From an uncultured Dehalococcoides sp. (lineage in GTDB: Bacteria; Chloroflexota; Dehalococcoidia; UBA2979): a DNA stretch of 64,000 nucleotides. Position numbers and translations under genes: made by a program. Each line of letters begins with the position of its first letter. The stretch's first letter is position 1. Positions 37,166 through 46,251 of the stretch are shown here, one piece after another. The notes beneath the pieces are model-generated. The model did not search any database. It was not told the DNA's origin and saw only the letters and a program-made list of their open reading frames with translations. Location of the stretch: the NCBI GenBank assembly GCA_964628985.1, contig CAZVNJ010000004.1, positions 23,628 through 87,627 of the forward strand. Reading direction: 5' to 3'.

Positions 37166-38281
37166 CTACTCCTCGATTGCTTCGTCGGCGAAGAAGGAGG
37201 CCTGCGCGCTCCGGGTGGTCGCCGTGTGCGCGTCGATGCCGAGGTGCTCGTAGCCGAGGCGCGTCAGGATGCGTCCGCGCGGCGTGCGCTGGATGAAGCC
37301 GATCTTCAGGAGGTACGGCTCGTACACGTCCATGATCGTGTCGCCCTCCTCCGAGATCGCGGCGGCGAGGGTTTCGAGGCCGGCGGGGCCGCCTCCGAAG
37401 CGCTCGGCGAGCGCCGTCATCAGATCACGGTCCATCTGGTCCAGGCCGAGGTCGTCGATCTGCATGCGTCCGAGCGCGGCGGCGGCAACCTCGCCGGTGA
37501 TCACGCCGTCGGCGCGCACCTCAGCGTAGTCGCGCACGCGCCGCAGCAGGCGGTTGGCGACGCGCGCGGTGCCGCGTGAACGGCGGGCGATCCCCGCAAC
37601 GCCATCGGGCGTGATGCGGCAGGCGAGGACGTCCGCGGAGCGATTGATGATCTGCGTCAGCGCCGCTTCGTCGTAGAAGTCCATGCGGTACGCCGACCCG
37701 AAGCGGTCGCGCAGTGGCTGCGAAACCAGCGCGAAGCGCGTCGTCGCACCGACGAGCGTGAAGCGGTTGAGTTTCAGGCGCACGTCGCGCGCCTTCGGCC
37801 CCTTGCCCAGGATGATGTCGACGGAGAAGTCCTCCATCGCTGGATAGAGCACCTCCTCCACGGGCAGCGAGAGGCGGTGGATCTCGTCGATGAAGAGCAC
37901 GTCGCCCGGCTGGAGGCTGGTGAGCAGCGAGGCGAGGTCGCCGGCACGCTCGATGGCGGGGCCGCTGGTGATGCGGATGGAGACGCCCATCTCCGCCGCC
38001 ACGATCATGGCGAGCGTGGTTTTGCCGAGGCCGGGGGGCCCGTGAAAGAGGAGATGGTCGAGCGACTCGCCGCGCTGCTTGGCCGCCTCGATGCTGATGC
38101 GCAGGCTCTCCTTGATCCGCTCCTGCCCGAAGTACTGCTCCAGGCGGCGAGGCCGCAGGCTGGTCTCGATTGGTGCCTCGTCATCGGCGGCGACGGGCGA
38201 GAGCGGGCCGGGACGGGCGGCCTCGGGCGCGGGCGGCGTCGAGGGCTGCCGGGCAGGTCGAGGTGCGCGCGGCTCGGGCAT
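37166..38281 (-). CDS. ruvB: Holliday junction branch migration helicase RuvB
   Basis: [36 protein letters not shown] and GATTR motifs, with a ~35-aa Pro/Ala N-terminal extension. No ruvA is adjacent. Confidence 0.95.
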   Translation of the reverse strand: MPEPRAPRPARQPSTPPAPEAARPGPLSPVAADDEAPIETSLRPRRLEQYFGQERIKESLRISIEAAKQRGESLDHLLFHGPPGLGKTTLAMIVAAEMGVSIRITSGPAIERAGDLASLLTSLQPGDVLFIDEIHRLSLPVEEVLYPAMEDFSVDIILGKGPKARDVRLKLNRFTLVGATTRFALVSQPLRDRFGSAYRMDFYDEAALTQIINRSADVLACRITPDGVAGIARRSRGTARVANRLLRRVRDYAEVRADGVITGEVAAAALGRMQIDDLGLDQMDRDLMTALAERFGGGPAGLETLAAAISEEGDTIMDVYEPYLLKIGFIQRTPRGRILTRLGYEHLGIDAHTATTRSAQASFFADEAIEE

Positions 38282-38303
38282 GCGCGGAGTATAGCGGCGC
38301 TGC

Positions 38304-38315
38304 GAACGGACGTTC
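38304..38315 (-). promoter_or_regulatory. LexA/SOS box GAACggacGTTC upstream of ruvB
   Basis: Perfect palindrome CGAACggacGTTCG 23 nt upstream of the ruvB ATG. ruvB is a classical SOS gene, so this calibrates the motif. Confidence 0.7.
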
Positions 38316-38402
38316 GAGTGCCTCGCGGTCGCCGCTGGATGCCATACTGCCGCTCAGGCCGGGCGGCTGGGTCTCAGGGAAGCACAGGGAAGGGCACTTC
38401 CG

Positions 38403-38723
38403 ATGTTCGGCACCGTCGCGAAATTGCAGTTGAAGCCCGGCGCGGAAACGCTCTTGCTGGCATGGTCTCCGGCGCTCGCCGGGAATATCCGTGGCCATGT
38501 GTCCAGCACGATCTACCGCTCGACCGAGGATCCCCTGGTCATGTGGCTCTCCGTCGTCTTCGAGGACGAGGAGTCCTATCGCGCGAACGCCGCGAGCCCG
38601 GAGCAGCATCGTCGCTGGCAGCAGATGCGCTCCGTCCTCGAGTGTGACCCGGAGTGGCACGACGGCGTCGTGATGATGCACGGCACGCCCGGCAAGCGGT
38701 ACGACGCGCCGAAGGGGACATAG
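38403..38723 (+). CDS. Small ABM/Dabb-fold-like protein
   Basis: 106 aa with MFGTVAKLQLKPGAE..VFEDEESYRANAASPEQHRRWQ, divergent from ruvB. Confidence 0.45.
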   Translation: MFGTVAKLQLKPGAETLLLAWSPALAGNIRGHVSSTIYRSTEDPLVMWLSVVFEDEESYRANAASPEQHRRWQQMRSVLECDPEWHDGVVMMHGTPGKRYDAPKGT

Positions 38724-38740
38724 CGGCGCAGCAAGCCGAC

Positions 38741-38953
38741 TCACCACACACCCACGACCATCGCGTCTTCGTGGTTGAGGCCGTCGAAGAGCGCGACAGC
38801 GACACGGCGACCGGGGACGAGTTCCGCGCTGGCGATGCCGCGCGAGACGGGGACGGCGTCGAGGGCGGTCGAGGCCGACTCGGCGAGCAGGATGCTCGCC
38901 GTGTAGGAGCCGGACGAGAACGCAAGCAGGGTCGCGCGCTGCACGACGAACAT
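38741..38953 (-). CDS. Hypothetical 70-aa protein, last gene of the phage-like structural string
   Basis: ATG 38953 is preceded by GGGGGGA, with alternative starts at 38971 and 38983. It begins 15-45 nt after the stop of the 660-aa gene. Confidence 0.4.
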   Translation of the reverse strand: MFVVQRATLLAFSSGSYTASILLAESASTALDAVPVSRGIASAELVPGRRVAVALFDGLNHEDAMVVGVW

Positions 38954-38997
38954 CGATGTCCCCCCAATCATGTCCAGCCGCAACCATCGAGGGCGGC

Positions 38998-40980
38998 TCA
39001 GGGCGCGCCGAGGCTCAGCGTCATCTCGTATCGGCCGCGCGGTGATCGCGCGTAGTCGAGGCGGACCGACAGCACGCGGAAGCGGCGCGCGTCCCAGCCC
39101 ATCGAGGCGTCGTTGACTTCGATCACGTCGCCCGGCTCCTGGCCGGGGTGCGGAGCCACCGTGATCCGCGCGATCGGGGCATCGAAGGCGCGGCGACGGA
39201 GCGTGGCAGCAGCGCGTGACTGCGCCTCGGCAGTGGTGGTGAGGGCGCGGTCGCTGAGGACGGCGACGGGGGCGCCCGCGCGGAGTGCGGATTCGTCCAC
39301 CGCCTCGGCGAACGCGCCGTCCCCGGAGGTGCGCGCCCAGCCGGCCTCGGGCGTCGCCTCGAATGCCTCGACGGAGCGCAGCGGGTGCGTGGTGCCGTAG
39401 GCGTAGGTCGAGGGCTCATCGGGCAGTGCTTCGCGCAGCGCGAGCGTGACGCCGGTCGCCAGCAGCATGTCGCCGCCACGGTCGAGGACGCGATCGATCG
39501 CGGCGCGGAGGCGGCTCCCCGGCGGCACGAGGAACGGTGCGGTGAGCGTGGTCGTGACGGCGCTCGCACCCGCGGTGCTCAGCAGGAAGCCGGCGTGGCG
39601 CACGAGTTCCTGCAGCAGGGCGGCCTGCGTCGTGGCGCCCGAGGGCCAGGTGATCGCACGCGGTGCGCGCCACTCGCCGAGGCGCGCGAGCGCCCCTTGT
39701 GCCTCCACCTCGACGACCGCGCGGCCGGCGTCGCGGCGACGGCGGATCGAGGTGACCCACCAGCGCCGGCCCTCGGCGCCCTCGTGCGTGCCGCCGAGAT
39801 CGAGGCCCGGCGAGACAGCGACCTCCGCGCCGAGCGCCAGTGATCGCGGGGCGACCGCGGGGGCATACGAGCCGTCGTCAACCAGGGTGAAGCTGAGGCG
39901 GTCGAGGTCGCCGGAGAGGGACTGTTCGAAGCGGAGCGCAAGGATGTCGTCGCTGACGTCGATCTCTGCGACGTTGATCGCGGCGTGCCAGACGCCGCGC
40001 GGCGACGCGAGGTAGGCGTGCCCGCCGGCGGCCGCGAGGCCGAGGCCGTAGGTGAGCGTCGAGTCGACGGCGGGGACTGGGTCGCGCCAGGCGTGGTCCT
40101 CGAAGGTCGCGTCCGCGACGGCGGAGGCGAAGTGCGAACGCGCGCCGCCCGCCACCCACTCGATGAAGACGGCGAGGGGCGCGCCGGCATCCGCGAGGCC
40201 GGTCGCGACGTAGGAGACGCCGGTGCCCGGCGAGGCGACGGCGACCGGCGCAAGCGGCGACCAGGCGCCGGGCGGGCCGCTGAGACCGGTGCCGAGCCGG
40301 GTGCTCCACACACCGGTCGCGCCGCCCGCGCTCAGGGTGCCGCTCACGATCACGCCGTAGTCCGGCACGTCGTACATCGCGATGCCGGTGACCGAGGCGA
40401 GGCCGAGCGAGGCGGCGGCCGGCGTCCCCCACGCACCGAGGCCGCTGCGACGGCTCGACTTCACCACGCCGCTCTCGGCCCAGACAACCGCGGCGGTGCC
40501 GTCGGCGCGGACGGCGCAGGAAACGGCCTGCACGGCCGCTCCCGCGGTCGCGACCGTCGAGGGTGAGCCGAAGGTCACGCCGGAGTCCGTGCTCTCGCGT
40601 ACCTCGATGGTGGTGGAGGAAGCAACGGTCGCCAGGAGGACGCGCGTGCCGGCGGCGGCTAGGCCGAGGCGTGGGGTCACCTCGGCGGTGCCCGCGCCTC
40701 CGAGGCTCGTCCATGCGCTGTAGGTGCTCGCCTCGGAGGGCGCGGCGACCCGCTGAAGCAGCAGTTCGCCCGTGACGCCATCGATGCGGGCGCGGAGCAG
40801 CGCGCCATCGCCGGCCACGGCAGCGGCGCACGGGCCGGCGGCCTCGGTGGTGCCGGTGTACCAGCGCGTCCAGCGCAGGCGCGGGACGCCGACGTCCCAG
40901 TCGCCCATCGTGACGCGCACGCTGGGGCGCTGCGGCATCGACTGCTGGGCGGCTTCGAGCGCGGCCGAGATCGCGAGCAT
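38998..40980 (-). CDS. 660-aa phage tail/host-recognition-like protein with an Asp-box (BNR) N-terminal half
   Basis: Start MLAISAALEAAQQ at 40980. ESTDSGVTFGS Asp-box and repeated beta-strand-like segments in the N-terminal half. The C-terminus ITVAPHPGQEPGDVIEVND..RFRVLSVRLDY..GRYEMTLSLG resembles phage tail proteins. The 950-aa ORF-track version is an artefactual extension. Confidence 0.55.
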   Translation of the reverse strand: MLAISAALEAAQQSMPQRPSVRVTMGDWDVGVPRLRWTRWYTGTTEAAGPCAAAVAGDGALLRARIDGVTGELLLQRVAAPSEASTYSAWTSLGGAGTAEVTPRLGLAAAGTRVLLATVASSTTIEVRESTDSGVTFGSPSTVATAGAAVQAVSCAVRADGTAAVVWAESGVVKSSRRSGLGAWGTPAAASLGLASVTGIAMYDVPDYGVIVSGTLSAGGATGVWSTRLGTGLSGPPGAWSPLAPVAVASPGTGVSYVATGLADAGAPLAVFIEWVAGGARSHFASAVADATFEDHAWRDPVPAVDSTLTYGLGLAAAGGHAYLASPRGVWHAAINVAEIDVSDDILALRFEQSLSGDLDRLSFTLVDDGSYAPAVAPRSLALGAEVAVSPGLDLGGTHEGAEGRRWWVTSIRRRRDAGRAVVEVEAQGALARLGEWRAPRAITWPSGATTQAALLQELVRHAGFLLSTAGASAVTTTLTAPFLVPPGSRLRAAIDRVLDRGGDMLLATGVTLALREALPDEPSTYAYGTTHPLRSVEAFEATPEAGWARTSGDGAFAEAVDESALRAGAPVAVLSDRALTTTAEAQSRAAATLRRRAFDAPIARITVAPHPGQEPGDVIEVNDASMGWDARRFRVLSVRLDYARSPRGRYEMTLSLGAP

Positions 40981-40985
40981 CGCCG

Positions 40986-41612
40986 TCAGCCCTCGATCGG
41001 TCGCGCGCCCGCGGGGGCGGGCGTGGCGGCGGTGTAGAGGCGGCGCGATCGGAGGCGGCGTTCGCGGCCGTGCTTTGCGAGGCCCTTCGCGAAGGCAGCG
41101 AGGCGGTCCTGGCCCCACGTATGGAAGTGCCGCCAGGTGTCGTCGCCGCCGGTGTTCAGTCGGTCGACGGCGTACGCCGACCACTCGATCGCGGCGTACG
41201 CCGCCGCCCCCGTCGCGACGAGGTCCTGCAGCCGCTCGGGGAGCGTCGTCCCGTCGTTTTCGAGGGTGTGGAGCGCGCCGTAGCGCACGACGACGTCGTC
41301 GCCGCTCGGCGGTGGGGACGCGGTCTCGACGGTGAGCGTGTCGCCCCAGATCGAGAAGGCGACGTAGGCAGGCGGGTACTGGCCGGCTGGCCATTCGACG
41401 GCCTCGATCGTGACGCGAGCGGCGAGGGGTGCGAGCGCGAGGTCGCGCGTGCCGGTGGAGACGAGGACGGCGGAGGCCTCCAGCGGCGCGGCGAGCGAGC
41501 ATTCGCGCACGGCGCGGTCGATGTGACGGTCGAGGGTGTCGTCGTCCCAGCGGTCGCCGGAGGGGTCGCGGAGGTCCTGGCGCACGCGTGCGCGCATGTC
41601 CGAGAGGTTCAT
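40986..41612 (-). CDS. Phage structural protein (putative head-tail adaptor, 208 aa)
   Basis: MNLSDMRARVRQDLRDPSGDRWDDDTLDRHIDRAVRE start resembles adaptor or connector proteins. The call rests mainly on its position between the capsid and tail-like genes. Confidence 0.4.
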   Translation of the reverse strand: MNLSDMRARVRQDLRDPSGDRWDDDTLDRHIDRAVRECSLAAPLEASAVLVSTGTRDLALAPLAARVTIEAVEWPAGQYPPAYVAFSIWGDTLTVETASPPPSGDDVVVRYGALHTLENDGTTLPERLQDLVATGAAAYAAIEWSAYAVDRLNTGGDDTWRHFHTWGQDRLAAFAKGLAKHGRERRLRSRRLYTAATPAPAGARPIEG

Positions 41613-41637
41613 CGCTGGCGCTCCCTTCCCTTCTTCC

Positions 41638-41792
41638 GTACCGCCGTCGCCTTCCGGCGACGAGCGGCCCATCCCCCTGCCACCCTCGGGGAAGGGGGTT
41701 ACAGAACTTGTGGATCACCCCACTCCCCCCGGCCCCCTCGCCCCTCGAGGGGCGAGGGGGAGTTTCGATCCGGAGAGCGTTGGTGCCTCCTC
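41638..41792 (+). repeat. Three-hairpin composite repeat, copy A
   Basis: GTACCGCC-GTCGCCttccGGCGAC..CCCATCCCCCTGCC..GGATCACCCCACTCCCCCCGGCCCCCTCGCCCCtcgaGGGGCGAGGGGGAG.. Confidence 0.85.
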
Positions 41793-41883
41793 GGCGTTCC
41801 TCGCCGTTCGCACTCCACCGCTTCCGCGGGCGGCTCTCGCTTGGCCTCAAACGTGATCACTCCGCTACCGCGCGTACCGCCGT

Positions 41884-42039
41884 CGCCTGCGGCGACGAGC
41901 AGCCATTCCCCTTCCCCCTCCCCCGAGGGGGGGAGATATAGAAGTTGGATCACCCCACTCCCCCCGGCCCCCTCGCCCCTCAAGGGGCGAGGGGGAGTCA
42001 GATCTCGGAGAGGGGCTGGTTGCCCCTCCGTGTCCCGCG
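41884..42039 (+). repeat. Three-hairpin composite repeat, copy B (direct tandem with A, 246-bp offset)
   Basis: GTACCGCC-GTCGCCtgcGGCGAC..CTCCCCCgagGGGGGAG..GGATCACCCCACTCCCCCCGGCCCCCTCGCCCCtcaaGGGGCGAGGGGGAG. Confidence 0.85.
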
Positions 42040-42058
42040 CCGTGGAGGGCGCGCTCGC

Positions 42059-42448
42059 TCAGCAGCAGGAGGCCCAGGCTGAGAGGGCGAGCGTGGGGGA
42101 GGTGCCGGCGAGAGCGACGACTTGGAGGTAGACGGTGGCGCCGCGTGCTTCGATGCGGAGGCGGTAGCGGCCGCTTTCCGTGTAGAAGCAGGAGTCGCCG
42201 CGGAACCAGGCGTCGGAGGTCGCGTCGTAGTAGAGCGGCGCGACTTCGACGAGTGGGTCCGTGCCGCCGAGGGTGATCGCGATGTCGAAGTCGACGTAGC
42301 GGTAGCCCTCGGAGGCGATGCCGAGGCCGGCGGAGGCGGGGTCGTCCTCGTCTGGCTCGGTCACGTCGACGCGGTGCGCGACGGGGGCGGTTTGCTCGAA
42401 GACGGCCGCCTTCGGCACGCCGTTGGCATCGATGCGCACGTCCGCCAT
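42059..42448 (-). CDS. Hypothetical phage-module protein (129 aa; possible head decoration or accessory)
   Basis: Starts 24 nt after the capsid gene stop and looks beta-rich. No family recognised. Confidence 0.5.
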   Translation of the reverse strand: MADVRIDANGVPKAAVFEQTAPVAHRVDVTEPDEDDPASAGLGIASEGYRYVDFDIAITLGGTDPLVEVAPLYYDATSDAWFRGDSCFYTESGRYRLRIEARGATVYLQVVALAGTSPTLALSAWASCC

Positions 42449-42472
42449 CGGAGTCTCCTTTCGCCGGGACCG

Positions 42473-43363
42473 CTACGGACGCACGCCGACGAGGCGCGAC
42501 AACTTCGACTCGTTGAAGAGTGCGAGGGCGACGTACCACTTCACGCGCACGCGCGTGGCGTCCTTCGACTCCAGCGCGCCGACGCGTTCGATAGTGAGCC
42601 CGCCCGGGCCGGTGAGGCCGACGAGGGCGCCCTCGCCGAACTGCACGGCGTAGATCGTGGAGCAGTCGTCGTTCGCGCCCTGCGTCTGGTCGTCCGCGAT
42701 GTGGTCGTCCACGCCGATCGGGATGCCGTTGTAGAACTGCACCATGCGGCCGAACTCGTCGCGGTCCTGCTCGACGATGCCGCTGCCCGTGGCGCGTCCG
42801 AGGGCGGTGAGTGCCCGCCGTGTGCGCCGCGACATCAGCAGGAGGTCCGGCTTGCCGCCGCGCACCGCGTCGATCGTCTCGTCGAGTTTCGCGAGAGTGA
42901 GCGCGGCGCCGTCGACGCCCATCTCGACCGTCTGCCCCGCGGTGCAGAGGCGGTCGATGCCCTCGAAGGCCTTGGCGTTCACGGAGGTGTCGCCGTTGAC
43001 GAAGGCGTCGTCGAACGCCTGCTGTACCGCCTTCGCCTTGAGCGCGACGACGGCGCTCTCCAGGTCCTGCACGTTGGAGCGCGTCTGCACCAGGTAGCGG
43101 TCGATGTCCGCGTCGCCGCCGAGAATCTTCAGCGTCGCCGTGACCTGGGTGAAGGTGGGCGTGCTCTCCGTCCAGTCGTCGCCGACGGCGAAGAAGGCCG
43201 CCGTGGCCGGCACGTTCTCCCGGTTGTAGGTGAGCCCGTTCCCGACGATCTCGATGAACGGCAGCCGCCCGAGGACGGCGGAATCCTGCACCACCGTCTC
43301 CACCACGCCTTCGAGCAGCACGTCATTGGAGAGCTTGGCGCCCTCGGCCAGCGTCAGAGCCAT
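42473..43363 (-). CDS. Phage major capsid protein (HK97-fold type, no delta domain)
   Basis: MALTLAEGAKLSNDVLLEGVVETVVQDSAVLGRLPF..GNGLTYNRE..ATLKILGGDADIDRYL..YAVQFGEGALVGL..VKWYVALALFNESKLSRLVGV. The pattern matches SPP1 gp13-like capsid proteins as I recall them. ATG 43363 follows GAGGGA. Confidence 0.7.
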   Translation of the reverse strand: MALTLAEGAKLSNDVLLEGVVETVVQDSAVLGRLPFIEIVGNGLTYNRENVPATAAFFAVGDDWTESTPTFTQVTATLKILGGDADIDRYLVQTRSNVQDLESAVVALKAKAVQQAFDDAFVNGDTSVNAKAFEGIDRLCTAGQTVEMGVDGAALTLAKLDETIDAVRGGKPDLLLMSRRTRRALTALGRATGSGIVEQDRDEFGRMVQFYNGIPIGVDDHIADDQTQGANDDCSTIYAVQFGEGALVGLTGPGGLTIERVGALESKDATRVRVKWYVALALFNESKLSRLVGVRP

Positions 43364-43531
43364 CGTGTCCCTCGCCCTTCTCCCACAGGCGCCCACGCGC
43401 CGGGGAGGAGTGACGGTAGAGAGAGGCGGGGGCAGGTCAGAGGGGGAAGTGGCGCACGGAGTTGTCAGGTTCGAGTGCCACGAGGCGCTGGACCGTTGGT
43501 CCTACTATTTCCGTGCAGGGGGTACTAGACA

Positions 43532-45298
43532 ATGAATCAGACGTCTGAACGGGCGCGGAATGTCGCTGAGTCGATTGATGCAGCGGTTCAGCAGTACTGC
43601 GAAGAGCGTGAGGCCTTTGACACCAGCACGAAAGGCGATGGCTTTGCGATCTGGTGTCTGACCGACGTCTTCGGGTTCGAACGAGATGACGCCATCGATG
43701 CCCTTACGGGTGCCAAGGGCGATCACTCCATGGATGCGATTGCTGACGACGGCAACCGGCTGATCGTGCTCCAAGCGAAGTATCACTCCCACGACTGGGC
43801 GGAAGTCACGAAGTTTCAGACGGACGCCCGGAGCGTAGGTGCGGGTACCGCGAGGCTGCCGCAGGCCCTCCGAGCACCCGCGACAAAAATTCGCGCTCGG
43901 CAGGAGAGCGGCCTGCCAATCGAGTACTTCTACATCACGAATGACCGGTTCACCGGCGATGACGTTGTGAAGATCTCTAACTTGGGGGACGAGCCGGAGC
44001 TTAGCGTCCTCGATCTGGACGGGATTTGCGATCTGCTGTTTGAGCGCGAATCTCAGCGCCCGGTGAATGTTCCCGCGCAGCCTGTGGTCCTGCATCCTCG
44101 GATCTCACCGCTTCAGTTCGGTGATTCGTTGGTCTTCCCCGTACCCCTCAGGGAGTTCAGCCGGTTCGTGTCCGAGGATGGCAAGGATCGTTGGCTCTTC
44201 AATAGCAATGTCCGTCAGTACCTCTCGCGATCGAAGATTAACGAAGGCATTCGCGAGACCGCGAGAAACTCTCCATCGAGTTTCTGGCGATACAACAACG
44301 GCGTCACGATCGTGGTAGACGAATTCGAAGTCCGAAAGAACAGTCTGGCACTCACCAAACCTCAAATCGTAAACGGCTGTCAGACTTCCCTGGCGCTCGT
44401 CAAGGTCATGGCAGAGATGACCCCTTCAGAGCAAGAGAAGGTCGATGGCGATCTGCTCGTCCGCGTCATCCGGGAGCCTCGCGATGAGGAGCGAGAGCGG
44501 ATCACCCAGTTCACGAACAAGCAGAATGCGGTCAAGGGCAAGGACTTCTACGCCCTGCAGGACTTCCAGAAGCAACTGAAAACCCGCATCGGTCGTCTCG
44601 GGTACTTCTATGAGATCCAGACAGGTAGTTACGACATGCTCTCCCGGTCGGCCAAAGAGGGTCTGCGCGGGGAGTCACGTTTCAGCCACCTCCAGTGGAA
44701 GCGCAAGGATTACCGTGTACCAGCGATTGAGGCTGCGAAGTGTCACGCTGCAGCGTTTCGTTCCAAGGTAGCGGCCTGCTACGCGAACCCCGCTGACTTC
44801 ACTCCGAACGGCGATCTATACGACACAGTGTTTCCGGCGGACTTGCCGCTCGAACCGGAGATGTTCCTGCTTCCCTTCTTGCTGATGAAGCACGCTGAGT
44901 CAGCGTTGGGCTATGGAGCATCTAAAGGAGCAGCGTGGCGGCGGAGAGGGCGTTACGTCTTTGTCTACTCAGCCTTCAAGACGTTGAGGGAGGCGCTGAT
45001 TCAGGCGGATCGTGCGACGGTCGGCGTGGATCTTGGCAACGCCACCGTTCGGGAAGTGTTCGCCGACGAGAGCATCACCCACCTGTTGGTGGGCGTGACC
45101 GAGAAGGTCATGGAGAGCTTCTTTACGGACACTCCCATTCAGAAGTTGATCAATAGCGATATTTTCGCGTTCCTGAAGCGGACTATCGAAGGTGAGGATG
45201 CGACGACCATCCTCGACAGCAAGATTCGGTACCAGCTAACAGACAACGACGACGGTCGGACTCTGGTTGCTGCCCTTAGGGCTGCGTTGCCCGCCTAG
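43532..45298 (+). CDS. AIPR-family abortive-infection protein
   Basis: 588 aa with an N-terminal nuclease-like DAIADDGNRLIVLQAKY block and the central FWRYNNGVTIVVDEF..IVNGCQTS signature of the AIPR family. G+C is visibly lower than the flanks. Confidence 0.75.
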   Translation: MNQTSERARNVAESIDAAVQQYCEEREAFDTSTKGDGFAIWCLTDVFGFERDDAIDALTGAKGDHSMDAIADDGNRLIVLQAKYHSHDWAEVTKFQTDARSVGAGTARLPQALRAPATKIRARQESGLPIEYFYITNDRFTGDDVVKISNLGDEPELSVLDLDGICDLLFERESQRPVNVPAQPVVLHPRISPLQFGDSLVFPVPLREFSRFVSEDGKDRWLFNSNVRQYLSRSKINEGIRETARNSPSSFWRYNNGVTIVVDEFEVRKNSLALTKPQIVNGCQTSLALVKVMAEMTPSEQEKVDGDLLVRVIREPRDEERERITQFTNKQNAVKGKDFYALQDFQKQLKTRIGRLGYFYEIQTGSYDMLSRSAKEGLRGESRFSHLQWKRKDYRVPAIEAAKCHAAAFRSKVAACYANPADFTPNGDLYDTVFPADLPLEPEMFLLPFLLMKHAESALGYGASKGAAWRRRGRYVFVYSAFKTLREALIQADRATVGVDLGNATVREVFADESITHLLVGVTEKVMESFFTDTPIQKLINSDIFAFLKRTIEGEDATTILDSKIRYQLTDNDDGRTLVAALRAALPA

Positions 45299-45301
45299 AC
45301 C

Positions 45302-45697
45302 CTACAGTTGGAACCAGTCAGTGACGCGCTCCTCATACTCTGCACGGGCGCTGGCAGGTGTGTGAACGTGCGTTGCGGGTACGTACAGGGCACCGTTGAT
45401 CGCGAGGCCCTCGACCTCGCGCACGTACTCGACGCGGATCGCTGATTCCTCCCCAGGCGTCCAGTAGAAGGGCGCGCCGCCTGGATCGACGAGGTTCTCG
45501 GGGCCGGCATAGCCGCGGTTGACCTGCGCAAGCAGGTCGAGTGCTGCCTCAGCCTCTGCCTGACTGGCATGGCGAACGTAGATCTCCTCGTTGTTCTCCA
45601 GATAGCCGTGGGATTCGGTGAGCCATCCCAGCCAGAGTCGTTCGCGGCGAGCGACCACAGTCGTCTCGGTTTCGTGCGGGTGAGTGTCGTTTGCCAC
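45302..45697 (-). CDS. Hypothetical 131-aa protein
   Basis: GTG 45697 is preceded by GAGGAGG. It is convergent with AIPR, with stops 4 nt apart. No family recognised. Confidence 0.5.
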   Translation of the reverse strand: MANDTHPHETETTVVARRERLWLGWLTESHGYLENNEEIYVRHASQAEAEAALDLLAQVNRGYAGPENLVDPGGAPFYWTPGEESAIRVEYVREVEGLAINGALYVPATHVHTPASARAEYEERVTDWFQL

Positions 45698-45800
45698 GGC
45701 GGGCCTCCTCGATGCGTGCGAAAAGGTATGCGGTCCACCCTCCCCTTGCCCGGTCGCCCTATCCTCATCTTCTGTAAGGCAACCATCGAGGAGTCCCCAC

Positions 45801-46220
45801 ATGGCCACTGTGACCGCCGACTACCAGGACCGGAAGCGCATCGTGTTCACGGCGCGCGGGCGGGCGACGACGAATGTGCGCGAGATGGTGGCGGACGGGC
45901 CGGCGGGGTATTCGTCGACGGAGTTGCTGCTGATCGCCGTGGGGAACTGCTCGCTCGGCGCGTTCCTGAACCATGACCTGCTGAAGGACGCGCAGGTGAC
46001 GGCGTGCCGGTCGACGCTGGAGGCGTCGATGGTGCCGAACCCGACGCGCATCGAGCAGATCTTCAACCGTATCGAGCTCGAGGTGACGGACCCAGCGTTG
46101 CTCGCGCAGCACGAGGTGCTGGAGGCGGCGTCCTGCGAGTGCCCGCTGTGCAACACGCTGGGCGACAAGATCATCACGACGCTGACGATCTCGCTGGCGA
46201 AGCAGGCGGTCGCCGTCTAG
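45801..46220 (+). CDS. OsmC family peroxiredoxin-like protein
   Basis: STELLLIAVGNCSLGAF and ASCECPLCNTL, the two conserved Cys regions. ATG 45801 follows GAGGAG. Confidence 0.75.
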   Translation: MATVTADYQDRKRIVFTARGRATTNVREMVADGPAGYSSTELLLIAVGNCSLGAFLNHDLLKDAQVTACRSTLEASMVPNPTRIEQIFNRIELEVTDPALLAQHEVLEAASCECPLCNTLGDKIITTLTISLAKQAVAV

Positions 46221-46251
46221 CGCTCACGCGGGCACTCGCGCTTCCCGAGGC

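Noticed and set aside
38998-41850. A 950-aa ORF in the track, which would make one giant protein.
   Set aside because: The N-terminal ~290 aa are Arg/Pro-rich, overlap the well-supported 208-aa gene in another frame and read through repeat copy A. A good start (MLAISAALE, 40980) lies 5 nt after the upstream stop. I treat it as a G+C-driven extension.
41638-42039. Repeat-spacer-repeat appearance that could suggest a CRISPR array.
   Set aside because: There are only two units, each ~155 bp and internally complex (three hairpins), with a 246-bp period, and no cas genes in the window. This is not CRISPR-like.
42473-43363. The HK97-fold capsid-like protein could be an encapsulin shell.
   Set aside because: Terminase, portal, adaptor-like and tail-like genes are present in the same element, and no cargo-type gene is adjacent. 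A viral-type capsid is the simpler reading.
43455-43500. GGTTCGAGTGCC resembling a tRNA T-arm near the edge of the low-G+C island (possible att remnant).
   Set aside because: The flanking bases do not form a T-stem or acceptor stem, and no cloverleaf can be drawn.
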